From the NCBI GenBank assembly GCA_009602735.1, contig WELA01002258.1, positions 264,664-284,663 of the forward strand: a stretch of DNA of 20,000 nt, read 5' to 3'. The notes under the pieces are model-generated. The model was not told where the DNA came from, ran no database searches, and was given only the letters and a program-made list of their open reading frames with translations. Position 1 is the stretch's first letter. The number at the start of each line of letters is the position of its first letter. This DNA is from Mesotaenium endlicherianum. Its lineage: Eukaryota. Shown here in pieces: positions 19,352 to 20,000 of the stretch. The translations under genes and the position numbers were made by a program.

Positions 19352-20000
19352 CTGCATGGCCTCGCTCCCACACGCACATGTACGCACGCGCACACGCGAA
19401 CACAGACACGCGCGCGCGCGCGCACACACACACACACACACACATGCACACACACACATGCACATCCAGAGGCACAAGCACGAACAAAAAACACACATAC
19501 ACACACACAACACATGCACACAGAGTAGCATTAGGGTCTGGAAATTTGGAGCCATTGCTCCCCAGTTAAAATTGACGGGCCTTTCTTCTGGTTGGCCATA
19601 GCAGCTTCCCTTGAGCTCAGATGACCGGTTTAGCAAACCTTCAGCGAGCACACGCGCACGCATGCGTGTGTGTGTGTGTGTGAGGGGGCAACGAGAGAGG
19701 GGGCGGCATGAGGTACAAGAAAGTGATGCAGATTGCACCCGCTGCTGGGGCTCGGCCTTCCGCTCTTCGGGTACCCACACTTGTCGGGTTCTGCACTTTC
19801 AAGGTCTGCCGCTCCTAGGCCTCGATGGACCTACGAATTCACGCTTACTTCTCTGGTTCCAGGGTACCGAGATTCTTCACCTTCAAAGTTCTTCAAAATT
19901 TGACGAAAGGGCGCAGGATGACTGCACGATAGCGGAGGAGGAAGGGGACGAGGCGGGGAGGGTGAGGAGAAAGAGGGAAGACGGGGTCAAGGGGGGTCGG

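Noticed and set aside
17812..19780. RE/SL-repeat ORFs up to 585 aa resembling SR/RE-rich splicing proteins
   Set aside because: Translation of CT/CTCG microsatellite plus gap; only 19164-19351 is real coding sequence.
19849..19921. Minus-strand segment bounded by GTGCAG and GTAAGC, a candidate upstream UGGT exon
   Set aside because: The only open frame (HPAPFRQILKNFEGEESRYPGTRE) does not resemble the expected upstream UGGT sequence (DPLS...QK...LNP), and its codon usage is unlike the other exons.

Overview
Eukaryotic, intron-rich genomic window; GC-rich codons, plant-like proteins and GCAG acceptors suggest a streptophyte or green alga (inference). Left part (1-~6300): the 5' half of a secreted PQQ-type beta-propeller (polyvinyl-alcohol-dehydrogenase-like) gene on the minus strand (ATG 1376, 4 exons, runs off the left edge). 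A decayed head-to-head inverted duplicate of it lies on the plus strand (4262-~5991; frameshifts, large exon deletion, eroded TATA box). The ~2.2 kb spacer between them holds a near-palindromic 14/21-bp minisatellite (3120-3230). Right part (7543-19351, minus): the last 12 exons of UDP-glucose:glycoprotein glucosyltransferase (UGGT), 638 aa, phase-consistent at every junction, with a GT24 DxD motif and C-terminal SKDEL. Its introns are microsatellite-laden, contain four assembly gaps, and often show reversed polarity (pyrimidine/C-rich just after the donor, G-rich just before the acceptor). No prokaryotic systems, CRISPR arrays, RNA genes or recognisable transposases were found; most long ORFs in the track are microsatellite or N-gap artefacts.
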